Source: Nitrospirota bacterium (GTDB lineage: Bacteria; Nitrospirota; JACRHJ01). Taken from it: a stretch of 64,000 bases of DNA. The position numbers and the translations under genes are program-made. How positions within the stretch are numbered: position 1 is the first letter of the stretch; every line of letters begins with the position of its first letter. The DNA lies in contig CAVTDB010000025.1 in the NCBI GenBank assembly GCA_963733375.1, forward strand, positions 64,001-128,000, given 5' to 3'. The notes beneath the pieces were generated by a model. It did no database searches. It saw only the letters and a list, made by a program, of their open reading frames with translations, and was not told the DNA's origin. Positions 63,304-64,000 of this stretch are shown here, piece by piece.

Positions 63304-63434
63304 ATGTGTTACACCTGTGGATGCGGCATGCCGGATAGATAGCATGGGCGATGCAAGGAATATCACCAATAAAACGTTCGAGGAAGGGCGCAATCCACGG
63401 ACTGAGCACAAAAGAACCGTGCAAACCGATTTAG
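63304..63434 (+). CDS. Small Cys-rich protein (MCYTCGCGMP), probable indel
   Basis: Strong RBS AAGGAGG; MCYTCGCGMPD/DSMGDARNITNKTFEE; not in the ORF track. Confidence 0.6.
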
Positions 63435-63469
63435 GCCGTCGAGCCGGCCTTTTTATTCCCCCTTTTAAT

Positions 63470-63505
63470 TTGACCTGAACCCCCTTTTAACTTAGAATAT
63501 TTCCC
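63470..63505 (+). promoter_or_regulatory. sigma70 promoter, apparently leaderless
   Basis: TTGACC-17-TAGAAT-7nt-ATG, no Shine-Dalgarno. Confidence 0.7.
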
Positions 63506-64000
63506 ATGCCAGACATCGATAAGTACATCTCCCCCGAGGCGGCCCGGTACATGCGCCGCGCCATCGCCGAGGCTGGCGGAAATGAGGTATTTTTCCTCTC
63601 GTCCTGCGGGGACGACCGCCGCGTATTCAAGGCCCAGGTAATCGCGCGCGGCGACGAGTCGTGCGTCCCGGCGCTTGCCCAGGGCGCGGCGGTGGGCGAC
63701 GTGGTAATCCATAACCACCCCTCCGGCCTCCTCACCCCGTCCAAACCCGACATCGAGATAGCCGGGATGCTGGGCTCGCGCGGAGTCGGTTTCTTCATCG
63801 TAAATAACCCGGTGGACGAAGTATATGCCGTAGTCGAGCCATTCGCGCGCGAGTCGCTGAAACCAATCGACATAGACGCGGTGGAGGCGGCGCTCTCCGG
63901 GGGCGGGGCGTTATCCAAGGCAATGACCGGGCACGAGGCCAGGGCGGGCCAGGTGATGATGGCGCGTGAAGTCGCGCGTGCGTTCAACGAGGACAGGGTC
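63506..64000 (+). CDS. DinG-family helicase with N-terminal JAB-like domain (partial)
   Basis: Manual translation: AGGNEVFF...VIHNHPSG..PSKPD...HEARAGQVMMAREV (Q motif); runs off the window. Confidence 0.85.
   Translation, partial: MPDIDKYISPEAARYMRRAIAEAGGNEVFFLSSCGDDRRVFKAQVIARGDESCVPALAQGAAVGDVVIHNHPSGLLTPSKPDIEIAGMLGSRGVGFFIVNNPVDEVYAVVEPFARESLKPIDIDAVEAALSGGGALSKAMTGHEARAGQVMMAREVARAFNEDRV

Noticed and set aside
63330-63450. Possible c-di-GMP riboswitch or TAG read-through (pyrrolysine)
   Set aside because: Better explained as a small Cys-rich ORF. Continuing it needs a frameshift rather than read-through, and the riboswitch core is not convincing.

Overview
Chromosomal window, GC-rich in coding DNA, from an anaerobic Gram-negative bacterium rich in multiheme cytochromes. 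Gene content suggests Nitrospirota/Thermodesulfovibrionia or a Geobacter-like Desulfobacterota (inference). The sequence has many single-base indels: serS, hemG, hemL, nadA, the Lon-like gene and others are split between frames, so most broken ORFs are probably uncorrected long-read errors. The housekeeping backbone includes serS with tRNA-Ser x2 and tRNA-Arg, hemG, pyk, mprF, nadA, hemL, tRNA-Leu-tig-clpP-clpX, a JAB-DinG helicase and scattered dpp-type ABC genes. The most striking locus is 32.7-42.8 kb. A consensus sigma54 promoter drives three paralogous glycine-zipper membrane proteins, NrfC/NrfD subunits, a Tat-exported DMSO-reductase-family subunit that appears to have lost its Mo-ligand motif, and a membrane-anchored 15-heme cytochrome with four c7 modules. 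Facing this operon are an NtrC-type activator and a histidine kinase with CxxCH in its periplasmic sensor. Other observations: a candidate riboswitch-attenuator at about 2.3-2.45 kb, seven apparently leaderless genes (six in back-to-back pairs), a six-copy two-hairpin repeat with a fixed orientation before RBSs, a REP-like palindrome inserted in frame in a cupin gene, two paralogous 11-heme cytochromes, a CbcSTU-like complex, orphan atpZ/atpI, and several AT-rich single-gene insertions including an orphan Imm50-like immunity gene. No CRISPR array, integrase or transposase was seen.
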